Positions 26,801 to 33,442 of a stretch of DNA of 33,442 nucleotides are shown here, piece by piece (position 1 is the first letter of the stretch; each line of letters starts with the position of its first letter). Source of the stretch: a virus. Taxonomy: Duplodnaviria > Caudoviricetes. The position numbers and the translations under genes were made by a program. The notes under the pieces are model-generated. The model worked only from the letters and a program-made list of their open reading frames with translations. It ran no database searches and was not told the DNA's origin. The stretch spans positions 1 to 33,442 of the IMG/VR virus record IMGVR_UViG_3300020539_000008. One strand, written 5' to 3'.

Positions 26801-28992
26801 GCATCAAGGAAGAAGCCTTCGGGGTCTCCAGACTTAAACTGAATTCTGCCACCAGCCTGTTCGATGTCGTGACGCATCAAGCGGTGCACGGAATCGAGTG
26901 CGGAGTTCCAAACGATGTCTCCGAAGTTATTCAGAGGACTGTCGCCACGGAGAAGGTAGTCGATTGGCTTGGACTGGACATACTTGCCGAAGTAAGACTC
27001 AGCAAGTTCTTCAAAGATGGGATAAAGGGTTTCGGGCTTCTGACCAGACTTCACCATCTCAATGGCATCGTTGAAGTCCTTCAGCATGGAACGCTGGCTA
27101 CCCACCTGCGGAGAGGTGTCGTCCAGTTCCATGTAAGCGTTTCTAAACTTCTCAAGCAACGAGACTCTGGCCTCGACAGGCATCTTGTACAGGAAGCCAT
27201 CAGAGTCGGTGGTGCCAAGGAAGCCCTTGGTAACATGCTCCTTTAGAAGCGTACCGTACCTATCATTAAGCAGTGCGTTGTGAAACAGTTCTCCAGATAC
27301 AGCAGTCGGAGCCGCATAATCAGCGTTGATAATCGTGTAGATTCTTCCATCTTTCTTTCTGGTGGTATAGCCACCGAAGTTGCCGCTTCCAAGTTCTTTC
27401 TGGTATTCCTGCCAGTCAGCATCGGACATCAGTTCCTTAATCTTTTCAGTGGTCAGAACGAGGTGGGTGCTGTTCTTCTGTAGTCGCTCGCTGGCGGCAA
27501 TGCCAGCCATGACTCGGTACATGGCTTCTTCGCCAAACTGCTTCTTGGTGTTTTCAAGCAAGACATTGATGCCTTCTTTCTTCGGAGCATCAAAGCCCTC
27601 GGATACATAGGCGAAGTGCTTGAGCACATTGTTAATCTGTTTCTGCGTTCTGTTGCCGTACAAGCCATAGACAGAACCAAGCATGTGCATGGAACCGCCA
27701 AGGCCAATACCAGTACCTACGCCATGGTAAAATCCTTCTTCACCACCAAGGCCATAACCAAAAGCGGCACCATACATAGAGCCGTGGAACGAGGCCTTGC
27801 TCATGCCACCAAGGTAATCAAAGAAACCGTTGGAGAAGTTGGCAATCTTGCCGATGGTTTGAACACCCTTGCTTTCGGACTGGTAAGCCAGTCTTTCGGC
27901 AATCGTAAGATAACTGGGCTGTCTAGCGAGTGCCAGTGCTTCAGCAATAGTTCTAGAACCAAGTTCAGTAACCTTTGCGGTAGCCCACATACCAGCGGCG
28001 GCTCCAACATAAGGCATCTTGACAAGAGCGGTACCCATCAACGCACCCTGTGCGGTACGCATAATCTGCTCCTTGGGAACAATCTTACCGTTAGAAGTGG
28101 TGATGTTCTCAATACCGAAAATGTTCTCAATCTTGTTGCCCACATAGTTGTAAGCACCTTCGCCAACGCCAGCAACCTTGCCAGCCATTGCTTCAAATTT
28201 GAGAGCCTGTTTTTCTGCGGCAATAGAACCGTGAGCAAGAATGTTGCTAAACTTTGAGCCAACTTCAATAGCCAGTGCTGTCTTTGAAAGGCCACGCATT
28301 ATTGCACCGCCAATCTTCATGGGCGGGAAAATTACAGTAGGGTCGGCAACCATGCTCAAACCAGCAACACCCTCCTTGTTGAAGCCCTTAAGTTTCCAGT
28401 CTCCAATGCTAAACTCTGGAGGAATCCATCGTCCGTTTTCCTCGTTGTGCTTCATCTCCTTCTGGAATTCCATCAAGGAAATGTAGTCCAGATACTGCTG
28501 TTCGTCCGTTCCTTGGCTGAATAGTGCTCTGTGGATAGGGCTGGAAGCATCATACTTGATGATGTCCAGCATGTTCGTAAAGTATCTGGTGCCAGTCCAT
28601 GCACCCTCAATGGCAGTGCCAGCAAGCGTGTGAGGGCTTGCGATGTCACCAGTCTTAATCATGCTCCACGCACCACCAAGCATCGTACCAGCCGCATGAG
28701 TAATGGCATCAGTCACAATACCCCATCCGTTGGGAGAATTCTTCTGCTTGTAGGCTAGGTACTTCTTGTAATTTTCTGGGGTAGCGAGATATCCACGAGG
28801 GCCGTAATTGGCAATCATGTACGCTTCTCTTTCTCCGATGGTGTCATCATCTTCTACAACACCTACTTGTTCCTCCTTAGGCCTAAGCCCTTCTCCAAGT
28901 TTTACAGGAACATGTGAAGACAGTTTAGCAAAGTCCGCTTGAAGTTTTGCAAGGTCGGTTGCGTTTTCGTAGTAGTAACTTTTGGGAGGCAT
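17872..28992 (-). CDS. Giant (3706 aa) modular internal virion / ejection protein, polyvalent-like
   Basis: Follows tail and ejection-type genes; Gly-rich hydrophobic N-terminal region, degenerate zincin motif, GNAT-like motif, long coiled coils. Confidence 0.75.
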   Translation of the reverse strand: MPPKSYYYENATDLAKLQADFAKLSSHVPVKLGEGLRPKEEQVGVVEDDDTIGEREAYMIANYGPRGYLATPENYKKYLAYKQKNSPNGWGIVTDAITHAAGTMLGGAWSMIKTGDIASPHTLAGTAIEGAWTGTRYFTNMLDIIKYDASSPIHRALFSQGTDEQQYLDYISLMEFQKEMKHNEENGRWIPPEFSIGDWKLKGFNKEGVAGLSMVADPTVIFPPMKIGGAIMRGLSKTALAIEVGSKFSNILAHGSIAAEKQALKFEAMAGKVAGVGEGAYNYVGNKIENIFGIENITTSNGKIVPKEQIMRTAQGALMGTALVKMPYVGAAAGMWATAKVTELGSRTIAEALALARQPSYLTIAERLAYQSESKGVQTIGKIANFSNGFFDYLGGMSKASFHGSMYGAAFGYGLGGEEGFYHGVGTGIGLGGSMHMLGSVYGLYGNRTQKQINNVLKHFAYVSEGFDAPKKEGINVLLENTKKQFGEEAMYRVMAGIAASERLQKNSTHLVLTTEKIKELMSDADWQEYQKELGSGNFGGYTTRKKDGRIYTIINADYAAPTAVSGELFHNALLNDRYGTLLKEHVTKGFLGTTDSDGFLYKMPVEARVSLLEKFRNAYMELDDTSPQVGSQRSMLKDFNDAIEMVKSGQKPETLYPIFEELAESYFGKYVQSKPIDYLLRGDSPLNNFGDIVWNSALDSVHRLMRHDIEQAGGRIQFKSGDPEGFFLDAKGKRVVVPELDRVMKIVVDKMRRDKDTVRGFPSRVTEGLADHEITFKGLDHLYKKDVNGRFIPKTEEEYNTEQEGRFTNLIAGLSKLKPEEKGLSLVEVKTKEEAAYSGSYAARSRRGSLESTKAEITKANKEYEKNQRKLERDAQRTAKRLEKNKKDSAEITDEVDGDTIGSIEEGAELAQYEGPKQFKIKGMMTKAEYELFEDAFGSTIANRLMALTETAYKAGIDGNNLLQFTYESAQTQKFSHTLKGSPTGEDNTRYAGTVKERHVIPYEVILSYERKRLTKKDREKLGIDDPDIYWKVGKPKLMVNGIDYYAIDRRVNYMFNHMRPTDDVRSIGNGYIKAVYSSEAEIHYDVKRLLSNYSRGDIAMAGAEFFGGGKIGRAKRDIINAVIGAHPPKEGFDASYMQRKGYNYPLHAQLRNSQMNEAFTPWTSFRLDRISGKIRHMHGEGFFYSHDHAYEKAQGNFNPRQRLPEPRVRDDSYSRTGDRVDSELQWHEPISEGYMTTRRLVRQNEQFGGITSDRVSEVDVRDLIYKKTEFRDYPRSMSSRRAAFAYPHQASWQISLRDPNRTNGFSTEPQAFGLAVGQMRSFASAVDTGWLNLQGIPQQYRDAFRVGSIGGVDVQSPYRGLGGSDLLYAEAFEHLYRRGVGFVKSTIINDMAIPIHQRIKMLGNENVHMNMNTSYGSPDWVLADVKDAKRFIRTHGQIEVLAGIVPPKGGFQPRQRKNRDHLAFEMTKADSEFTDRSWFKSKTGEPFRMYVAKHPSGTMFAYFDESHALEAFGEATAGYLSHEHGFIIDHSRVERPITFESMTHVLDIGWGPEQGKQYAYIFRDENGNKAVSFHDTKFFKQADGNNFDEGIFGVFAPRQTKKPVLTAREQIEQKAKELKLKTDEANRLRKEVSEERVMLLRRIAAEEKKSLRPKNTNEEEMARRRQLRLSLQLLDEVEASSSVMKSVFKGRPLELVKNKKASMAVIASLSDPEYAKYRASGELPPDIVQRHLDMVDAALMDHWKRKHALRKRAVDRKEQFEKSAAGREQMQSRYESELKALEEELITALTAYEVYDVAENILGAVEAKTRYRLSDGTEAQLTATEARQRGAEEVVEKRQSGRELKKNYDMLDAAYSAVSQLKGTAGMKGSTERLVVMMQAISKQLELAAKTDPAAKARLNEVTASFTRTYNQTNTNLRAAAADILKHGLHSLNWKESHEYTTYDKLGRVEAQGPLVRAELPTSGHYIKAYEPPANPIGLNFNKIKLPSSMSFQPVTVEITGRGAGDKFVGEYGVRTAIEGLRKELAQKTKMDFSEWTDQNIADLALATPKQVEQLWGDANNIRPDKIWQWLQPNSSPHAKKIREWAKGENKVSTKGKNGQILMANGKPAYVMFVDNIYDSPFEFDPKRSIFTFDKKSMYAGRSAFPSDAKGITVVPASELGVIEGGEGYHFMWDKDRFLRGETQSETFRSFDDMIQNHQGMQTIKRLTFPSTTGKYTVHQPNGNQIGGVFTNVAEAKRLAILDLHQNNSSDIVFQSLKRLDAVAGRSLIDLIEAETDIKYLDPRSVSKVRRAIDNPDYNPNLPQSETNQPKIIETKTEQSSPNSQRDFRDLAVYKFGDMILVTSDSNQSKISAVRRNKKDSKTNTGPLINQIEQTSGGTSFKTLGDVFKIRFRENGEFLSVERVDTFKSTKELRQWMRQMTDPETASFQKIQGVATRLSEQFGEMIKPAFIEERKRVARVLKENPALIREKLKKLQEINKEYLEELKRRKIATTKTGLQEAIKENNIEIDILTEQRDSHLIFLAKRGFLRDKNVQKKIIQSGMFKDVPEILEHEKFLLEYQPRGAGMEHADYQIASGGALPKDAVTDLINNAIRQASVASDKLVRPFGLEDTLNALQEKIKGDDYIRLEREIELLEDQLQAARGGKINNRVMNPLEKIRIGKKRGVVKQMTPEEARKYELQLKIDESKAKEIDTDTALSQYEADVVQNLEPKADYFTLSRYLPIEKWDSMSGRWVMEEYTSPHELHQRFKRSLSDMTDLYRSTMDESNPNRVSLEQLLKDNTKFEKADHELTKKEMADDADLNLRGVDGFDMSHDLTPEGLTFRRAMNTLINDEINIYTQKGNIERKLAVQFPDDVERAKQMEKVWAKIEANYNKTHQKNKEALLDAYMKMPKELQAKYEEAYITRQNENMLIIQTRLKHETAEFVKAVKERLVTINAEDAEALQKYQEMGIKDDPNKVFPSNHPLRYVLPHLFEEIYPLPQDLKAASSMPSPIDAQTNTRVPSATKNVPLYEQRTQRADGTFSDVVPKTSESDVTGVVGGERVSGWRYGETHGAETGVNLTLKSVIENENIDVGIRRQRGLRQIDMFARAYAHAKRMKAEQAKGGEARVDAEDMKLVSMFFPEMFSEGHPDFVQTKPSVRQEYIAGVKEMEPTFDQQYNIHEMNTLFHHWVKATMADQNKTKNAIARLSGEERLAELTRPENLDQYGNIDWNKLTIEEMDFVIHSFERVNIGLGNYKSLSDFINNPLYEKAMLSTFFNAQTETLRTIFDNPRDAAVFLSLKGEEKVKFLHQMIGQIKEQGRQVEFDVRREARQPYLEATAGDWMAQIELARTAEVEDKVRRVQQTYIDLAKTESALKVYRGRTEQFMKSRPDALQNVLDIDDGFKLLSPDPATSVQWTDMGFPLVVNPNPNDTFFRTPNGMFVAFRDGKSYKLFFNGHTSEDGNLKVNPSHVMTAPDLDRIQVAIRFFADDLKKAALITKEMAGSEVLPADKLGTFTKSFFDRHGGTIPPDVITNLTESLSKIGVYADTTFIQVGNNKRKVILYPESDAWDRIHSGDYEKVNGSWRIRKEVAEARLELFAAKERNRNMPTVEPKAVEEVGGSANMPDHLTPPPPDKAASKADAKTTFTVRSEGPIMMGESNTPVYNDWTTVTNDEGFTIIRQQALDAKAWRSTFLVFSPNGIQISKTKSEQEAVTAIFEYNGR

Positions 28993-29003
28993 CTTTGCGT
29001 AAG

Positions 29004-31013
29004 TTATTCAGACTGCTGGTATTCCTCAATGATTCTTTGCTGTTCTGGGGTAAGATTTGCACCACCCTGTCTGGCTCTGAGAAGTTCAATGGCCTTAGCC
29101 TTTGCATTCTTTTTGCTTTCACCAAAGGTCCAACCCTTAGTTCCATCGGCTCTAGCCACGCCAGAGATTTCAAGTTGGACAGCGGCCTTATCCATAAGGA
29201 CTCGCTTAAGTTGCTTAAGGGCGGCAATGTTAGCCGAAGACGAGAACCATGTCTGCCAGATGTCTGGGTTCTGAACGAGTTGATTAAGTCGTTTCTGGTC
29301 ATCTTCCGTAACCGCACCTTGACCGATAAGGTCTTTTCTGGCGAGAGCCTGTGCCAGCGTGGCACGAACATTGTAAAGTCTGGCGGCAGTCATGTTAACG
29401 CCAAGGAGACCAACAGGTCCGACATTTTCCTGCAACTCAATCAGTGCATCAATGTGGTCATTGAAAGTCTGGATGGGAGTAAGTGCCGCCCAAAGGTCAG
29501 CCACGGACTTGCCTTCATTGTCAGACTCACGAGTAACAACGCCATCAACAATGATGTCGCCAAACTGACCCTTGACGGTTCTGGCTCTGACTTGGTTAGC
29601 GTTTTTAATTTCTTTAAGTTGAGCCTCAGAGTCAGTCATAGTCTTGGCTTCAGTCTTGGTAGTAGCGTCAACCCAGTTAGGCTTGTCGCCAGTTCCTTGG
29701 TTAAAATAGGTCTTGTAAGTTCCGTCTGGCTTGCCGTCTGGTCCGAAATTAGGAACATTACGAACCGTCTGAGGAACAACAGAGGCAATGTAGGCCTGTT
29801 CGGGGATGGGAGGGGTAAGACCCTTCTCCTTCCACCTTGCGACAGCCTTCTGATAACGCATCTTTGCCAACAGGCTAGCGTCTTCAACCTCTACTTCGAC
29901 CTTCTTGGTCAACTTTACAGCCTCAAAAGAAAGGGCAAGTTTATCCTTCTCGTGCTCCTCTGTGGACAGGTTGTGAGTAAGTTCGGCAATCGTGGCTTCT
30001 TCATTAAAGCCTAGTTCAAGCAGTCTCTTTTTAACCCAACCCTGTAACTTCTTCTGCTCTTCTGCGGTAACAGACCAAGCCTTTTCTCTTACGGCAGAAT
30101 AATTTGCAGGAGTTAGTTCATGCGGAACAAGGCCAAGAGCCGTGTCTCCTCTTACTAGTCTTGCATACAAAGCCTTAGCATTTTCAGCAGGGCTAGGCTG
30201 TCTTTTGCCAGTATCGTCAACTTTTCTTTCTCCACCAACATCAAACACCAACTCGGGGGCAAGGCCTCCAAGTTTGTCCATGAAACTCTTTCTAACACTT
30301 GAAATGTGCTGTTCGGTTGCCGCAACCTTTTCAGCGTTCAAAGGAAGACCAAATCGTTCAGCCAACTGTTTGGCATCAACGCTAGCCGCCCACTTGAAGG
30401 TGTCCTTGTCAAAAATCTCTCCAGTCCAAGGGTCAATTCCCATGTTAACAAGGTCAAACTCTTCAACCTTGTTACCAAGTGCGTTTACATTCTTAACACC
30501 AACAGCGTACTCAACATCCTTAGTTACGGTAGGAGGCTTAACATCGGCACCTTGAGCCTCAAGAAGGAACTGACGCATTGCTTCTGCTTCTGTTTCAGCC
30601 TTCTTAGCGGCGGCAACATTGTACACCGCCTGTGCGGCCTGTGCACGATGGGCTTCAGCGGAAGCCTTTTCGTTATCAATCTTCTGCTTAAAGGCGGTCT
30701 CGTCTTGGACGGTCTTATGCGTCATCAAGAACTTGTTAATCTCATCGGTAGCCAACTGACCAACGCCACCGCTAGACTCAGCCTTCTTAAGGAACTTGTG
30801 AATGTACGAGGGGGCTTTATCACCCTGCGGACCGTACTCGGAAGCAAGACCTTCAGCGACACCGATAACGGTCTTACGCTGTTCAAGCAGTTTCTCATAA
30901 TTGAGACGCTTGTCCTTTAGTTCTTGCGAGTGCTGTCTAAAGCCCTCACCAGAAGATTCAGCATTAGACCTCTGCCATGCCAGCAGATTAGGGTCGCTGT
31001 AAGACTCAGCCAT
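29004..31013 (-). CDS. Putative internal virion (ejection) protein
   Basis: About 669 aa from ATG 31013, helical and charged, positioned between the small ejection-type gene and the giant gene. Confidence 0.6.
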   Translation of the reverse strand: MAESYSDPNLLAWQRSNAESSGEGFRQHSQELKDKRLNYEKLLEQRKTVIGVAEGLASEYGPQGDKAPSYIHKFLKKAESSGGVGQLATDEINKFLMTHKTVQDETAFKQKIDNEKASAEAHRAQAAQAVYNVAAAKKAETEAEAMRQFLLEAQGADVKPPTVTKDVEYAVGVKNVNALGNKVEEFDLVNMGIDPWTGEIFDKDTFKWAASVDAKQLAERFGLPLNAEKVAATEQHISSVRKSFMDKLGGLAPELVFDVGGERKVDDTGKRQPSPAENAKALYARLVRGDTALGLVPHELTPANYSAVREKAWSVTAEEQKKLQGWVKKRLLELGFNEEATIAELTHNLSTEEHEKDKLALSFEAVKLTKKVEVEVEDASLLAKMRYQKAVARWKEKGLTPPIPEQAYIASVVPQTVRNVPNFGPDGKPDGTYKTYFNQGTGDKPNWVDATTKTEAKTMTDSEAQLKEIKNANQVRARTVKGQFGDIIVDGVVTRESDNEGKSVADLWAALTPIQTFNDHIDALIELQENVGPVGLLGVNMTAARLYNVRATLAQALARKDLIGQGAVTEDDQKRLNQLVQNPDIWQTWFSSSANIAALKQLKRVLMDKAAVQLEISGVARADGTKGWTFGESKKNAKAKAIELLRARQGGANLTPEQQRIIEEYQQSE

Positions 31014-31861
31014 TAGGCAAAGCCTCCAGTCCAAGCACTGATACCATCATCAACCATATCTCCAGCAGTGCTCCACATGTCCTGCTTCCACTTCTGCTTG
31101 GCAAGTCTGTTGGCAATGTCAGCCTTATAGCGAGCGGCATCCTGCGAGAAGCCACGCTCAGACTCGGGATTAAAGATACCAGTGTTGTACTGACCAAGCA
31201 TCTTGTTGGCACTGCCATAAAGACCAGCAGACATGTCCATCTGCTTGCCACCACTAAGGGTAAGGTTAGCAATGTTGTCAGCCACTCCAGATTCGTTGTT
31301 ATAAACGCCTTGGAGCATCTTCTGACCCATCATCATTCTGTCCTGCGAGAGGTTGTAATTGCCAAGCACATTGGCGGCAACCGCCTGTCTGCCACTAAGA
31401 CCCTGCATGCCAATCTGTCGATTAGCGTTCTGGGTAGCCATAAACCTGTCTTGGGGACTCAGTTGACCAGAGGCGTACTGCATGCCTTGATTGTACATCT
31501 GATTCTGGGCAGACTGCATGAGCGGTGTCATGTAGGCGTTTCGAGCCGCACCTTGCAGTCGGCTCATCATTCCCAACTGAGCACCACCAAAGTCTTCCTG
31601 CATGCCAATGCTCTGGTTCTTGGTCTGCTGAAGCATATCAAGATAACCAGCATTGCCATTTCCACCAAACAACTGACCGCCTAGGGTGGACTCGTTGAGT
31701 CCCTGCCACTTAGGTCTCCACTGGGCTTCTGCATTCAGATAGTTCTGTTGCCAGCCCTCCTGCATGTCGATGTTCTGATTGCCGACCTCGCCATAAGTCT
31801 TCGGCAACGGCATGTCCTTCGGCTTGGACATGAAACCAGCAACAAGTTTTCCTACGCTCAT
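31013..31861 (-). CDS. Putative internal virion / DNA transfer protein
   Basis: 282 aa, Gly/Gln/Met-rich, no Cys, syntenic with podoviral ejection genes. Confidence 0.55.
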   Translation of the reverse strand: MSVGKLVAGFMSKPKDMPLPKTYGEVGNQNIDMQEGWQQNYLNAEAQWRPKWQGLNESTLGGQLFGGNGNAGYLDMLQQTKNQSIGMQEDFGGAQLGMMSRLQGAARNAYMTPLMQSAQNQMYNQGMQYASGQLSPQDRFMATQNANRQIGMQGLSGRQAVAANVLGNYNLSQDRMMMGQKMLQGVYNNESGVADNIANLTLSGGKQMDMSAGLYGSANKMLGQYNTGIFNPESERGFSQDAARYKADIANRLAKQKWKQDMWSTAGDMVDDGISAWTGGFA

Positions 31862-31862
31862 T

Positions 31863-32675
31863 TTAGAATTTGATAATGTAATTTAGTGCCACATTTCTGG
31901 GGCGGGTTTCAGTGCCAATCTTGGCAGTGTTGGTGTCGTGTTGACCGTCACCAGAAAGCGGGGCTGAACCCATGCCAGCCCACTCAGAATCGCACCAGTA
32001 ATTAAGCCATCCAGTTGCATATCCGTAGCCGCCATTATAATCACGACAATCTGAGTTGGGAGTAATGTGCTTGTGTGCTTCAAGTTGCATGTTCTGCTTA
32101 GAGGCAAACACACGACCACTATCAACAGCAACAGCAGGAGTACCTTCAGTTTTACCATTAGACCAACCTCTGATGAATTCACCACGAAGGTCGGGCACCT
32201 TAAAGTCAGCCTTTCCAGTACCACCAAAAGTAAGACCAATCAGAGTCCAAAGCGTTTCGTACTGGGTATTGGTAACTGCGTTCAAAGACTGACCATCGCA
32301 AATAAGCCAACCAACAGGAGGGTTGAGAGCAATGTAAGCAAGAATGCTACCAGCAGGAGTAAGGCTATCTCCAGAAATCGCTTTTCCACCAACAGTAAGC
32401 GTATCAGCAGTAATAGTGTTTGCATCAAGGGTGTCGGTTACAATGTCAATTGCGTTAATGGTTTTGGTAAACTGACCCTTAGTCTGCTTAAACAATGAAC
32501 CACCCTTTGTAATAAGGATGTTGTCGGTATCTGCGGTAATCGAGTTAGTGTCCTGCTCGTCAATAGCCCCAGCAGTAAGTTCAGCGTTATTTACATGAGC
32601 GTTAAGGTTTTCAGCCGTAACTTCAGATTTAACGCCACTAGGTTCGTATGTCCAACCGCTATTAATTTGTCCCAT
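31863..32675 (-). CDS. Short tail fibre with phage tail-collar domain
   Basis: PAGSILAY...PVGWLICDGQ...FKVPDLRGEFIRG, HKH, ETRPRNVALNYIIKF. Confidence 0.9.
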   Translation of the reverse strand: MGQINSGWTYEPSGVKSEVTAENLNAHVNNAELTAGAIDEQDTNSITADTDNILITKGGSLFKQTKGQFTKTINAIDIVTDTLDANTITADTLTVGGKAISGDSLTPAGSILAYIALNPPVGWLICDGQSLNAVTNTQYETLWTLIGLTFGGTGKADFKVPDLRGEFIRGWSNGKTEGTPAVAVDSGRVFASKQNMQLEAHKHITPNSDCRDYNGGYGYATGWLNYWCDSEWAGMGSAPLSGDGQHDTNTAKIGTETRPRNVALNYIIKF

Positions 32676-32676
32676 G

Positions 32677-33442
32677 TTAGATTTCGCTCTTTAGGTCTCT
32701 ACCAGAAGCAGTGGCTTCGGCAGTGATTGAGAAAATAGTTGGTCTACCTTGAAGTGAAGTCAATTCAAATTCAACAGAAGTACCCTGTTTTCTGAGCGGG
32801 AACGCACGAGTAAGTTCTTCACCGTTTGAAGCCGTAGAGATATCAGCCAAAAGGGTGGTATCGGGGTTTACGGTGTGTGCGGTAACGGCAATAGCCCCCT
32901 CAAGTCCATAGTTTGCATACATTTCGCATGAAACAAAACGCTTGGTTTGAAGGGTTTCAAAGTTGTACTGCCTAGTTTTGGCGTACATTTGAATGTTGCT
33001 GTAATCAAACTCGTACTCGTTTAGGTAAAATGTAACCCACTGGGGCAGTTTCTTGGCACCCCTCGTCTTTCCAAACTGGTCAACATCAAGTTCTTCTGCA
33101 AGGAATAGACCGTTCTTATTATCAAGGAAAAACAGTTTCTTCTGGCTACCAAATCTGGCTACAAGAATGTTATCGATGGTAAACCCAATAGGGTAGGTAT
33201 CAACGGACTCCCAGTTGCGATTGTTAAGGTTGTAAACGAATACGCTAATACGCTGAACGCCATCTAGGACAATCGGAACGGACAGGTAGTATCTGCCAGC
33301 AAAGATTTGGCCTACAGCCTTGTAAGAGTTGTTTACATCAATAAGGTCAACATACTTCTGGACGGTCTTAGACAGCGGGAATGTGTTGGCGATAAGTTGG
33401 ACATCCAGTTGAGGCTCAAGGGCAAATACGCCAGAGCCAGAC
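32677..33442 (-). CDS. Tail tubular/nozzle-like protein, 5' part beyond the window
   Basis: Frame reads from 33441 (SGSGVFALEPQL...PLSKTVQKYV...GRYYLSVP...VYNLNNRNWESVD) into the tracked 32988 ORF; beta-rich pattern of podoviral tail stabilisation proteins. Confidence 0.65.
   Translation of the reverse strand, partial: SGSGVFALEPQLDVQLIANTFPLSKTVQKYVDLIDVNNSYKAVGQIFAGRYYLSVPIVLDGVQRISVFVYNLNNRNWESVDTYPIGFTIDNILVARFGSQKKLFFLDNKNGLFLAEELDVDQFGKTRGAKKLPQWVTFYLNEYEFDYSNIQMYAKTRQYNFETLQTKRFVSCEMYANYGLEGAIAVTAHTVNPDTTLLADISTASNGEELTRAFPLRKQGTSVEFELTSLQGRPTIFSITAEATASGRDLKSEI

Noticed and set aside
17872-28992. Virion RNA polymerase (N4- or crAss-like), suggested by size
   Set aside because: No DxDGD-type or T7-like polymerase motifs recognised; cannot be fully excluded without structure prediction
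17683-30920. Many long plus-strand ORFs (373, 303, 417, 355 aa, etc.)
   Set aside because: Antisense to the structural genes, explained by scarcity of TTA/CTA/TCA codons on the coding strand; no recognisable protein features
31863-32100. Diversity-generating retroelement target in the tail fibre C-terminus
   Set aside because: No template repeat or reverse transcriptase seen in the window

Overview
This 33.4-kb window is part of a tailed dsDNA phage genome, probably podovirus-like with a Gram-negative host. No host genes, integrase, CRISPR array or reverse transcriptase are visible. It has four blocks. (1) 1-3204: a leftward unit with a long Pro-rich ORF running off the left edge, a NUMOD4-HNH endonuclease and hypotheticals, headed by a TTGACA promoter. 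(2) About 3400-10650: a leftward early-type region of small genes (DUF932, GP88-like, RHH, acidic protein) organised as three units. Each unit starts with a copy of one conserved promoter module and ends with a hydrophobic micro-ORF. (3) 10664-16761: a rightward recombination/replication block (RusA, RecE-like exonuclease, initiator with internal iterons, DnaC-like ATPase, lysozyme-like protein, ERF, tRNA-Arg(TCT), metallophosphoesterase). (4) 16846-33442: a leftward structural/lysis block (tail tube/nozzle, tail-collar fibre, two ejection-type proteins, a 3706-aa modular protein, holin-like and spanin-like genes). The most unusual signal is a second, non-coding, inverted copy of the origin-like element of the initiator gene (three 16-bp iterons at 23-bp period plus an A-rich tract). 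It lies about 9 kb away, directly upstream of the promoter of the leftward unit. All protein family calls come from motif recognition by eye, not from database searches.
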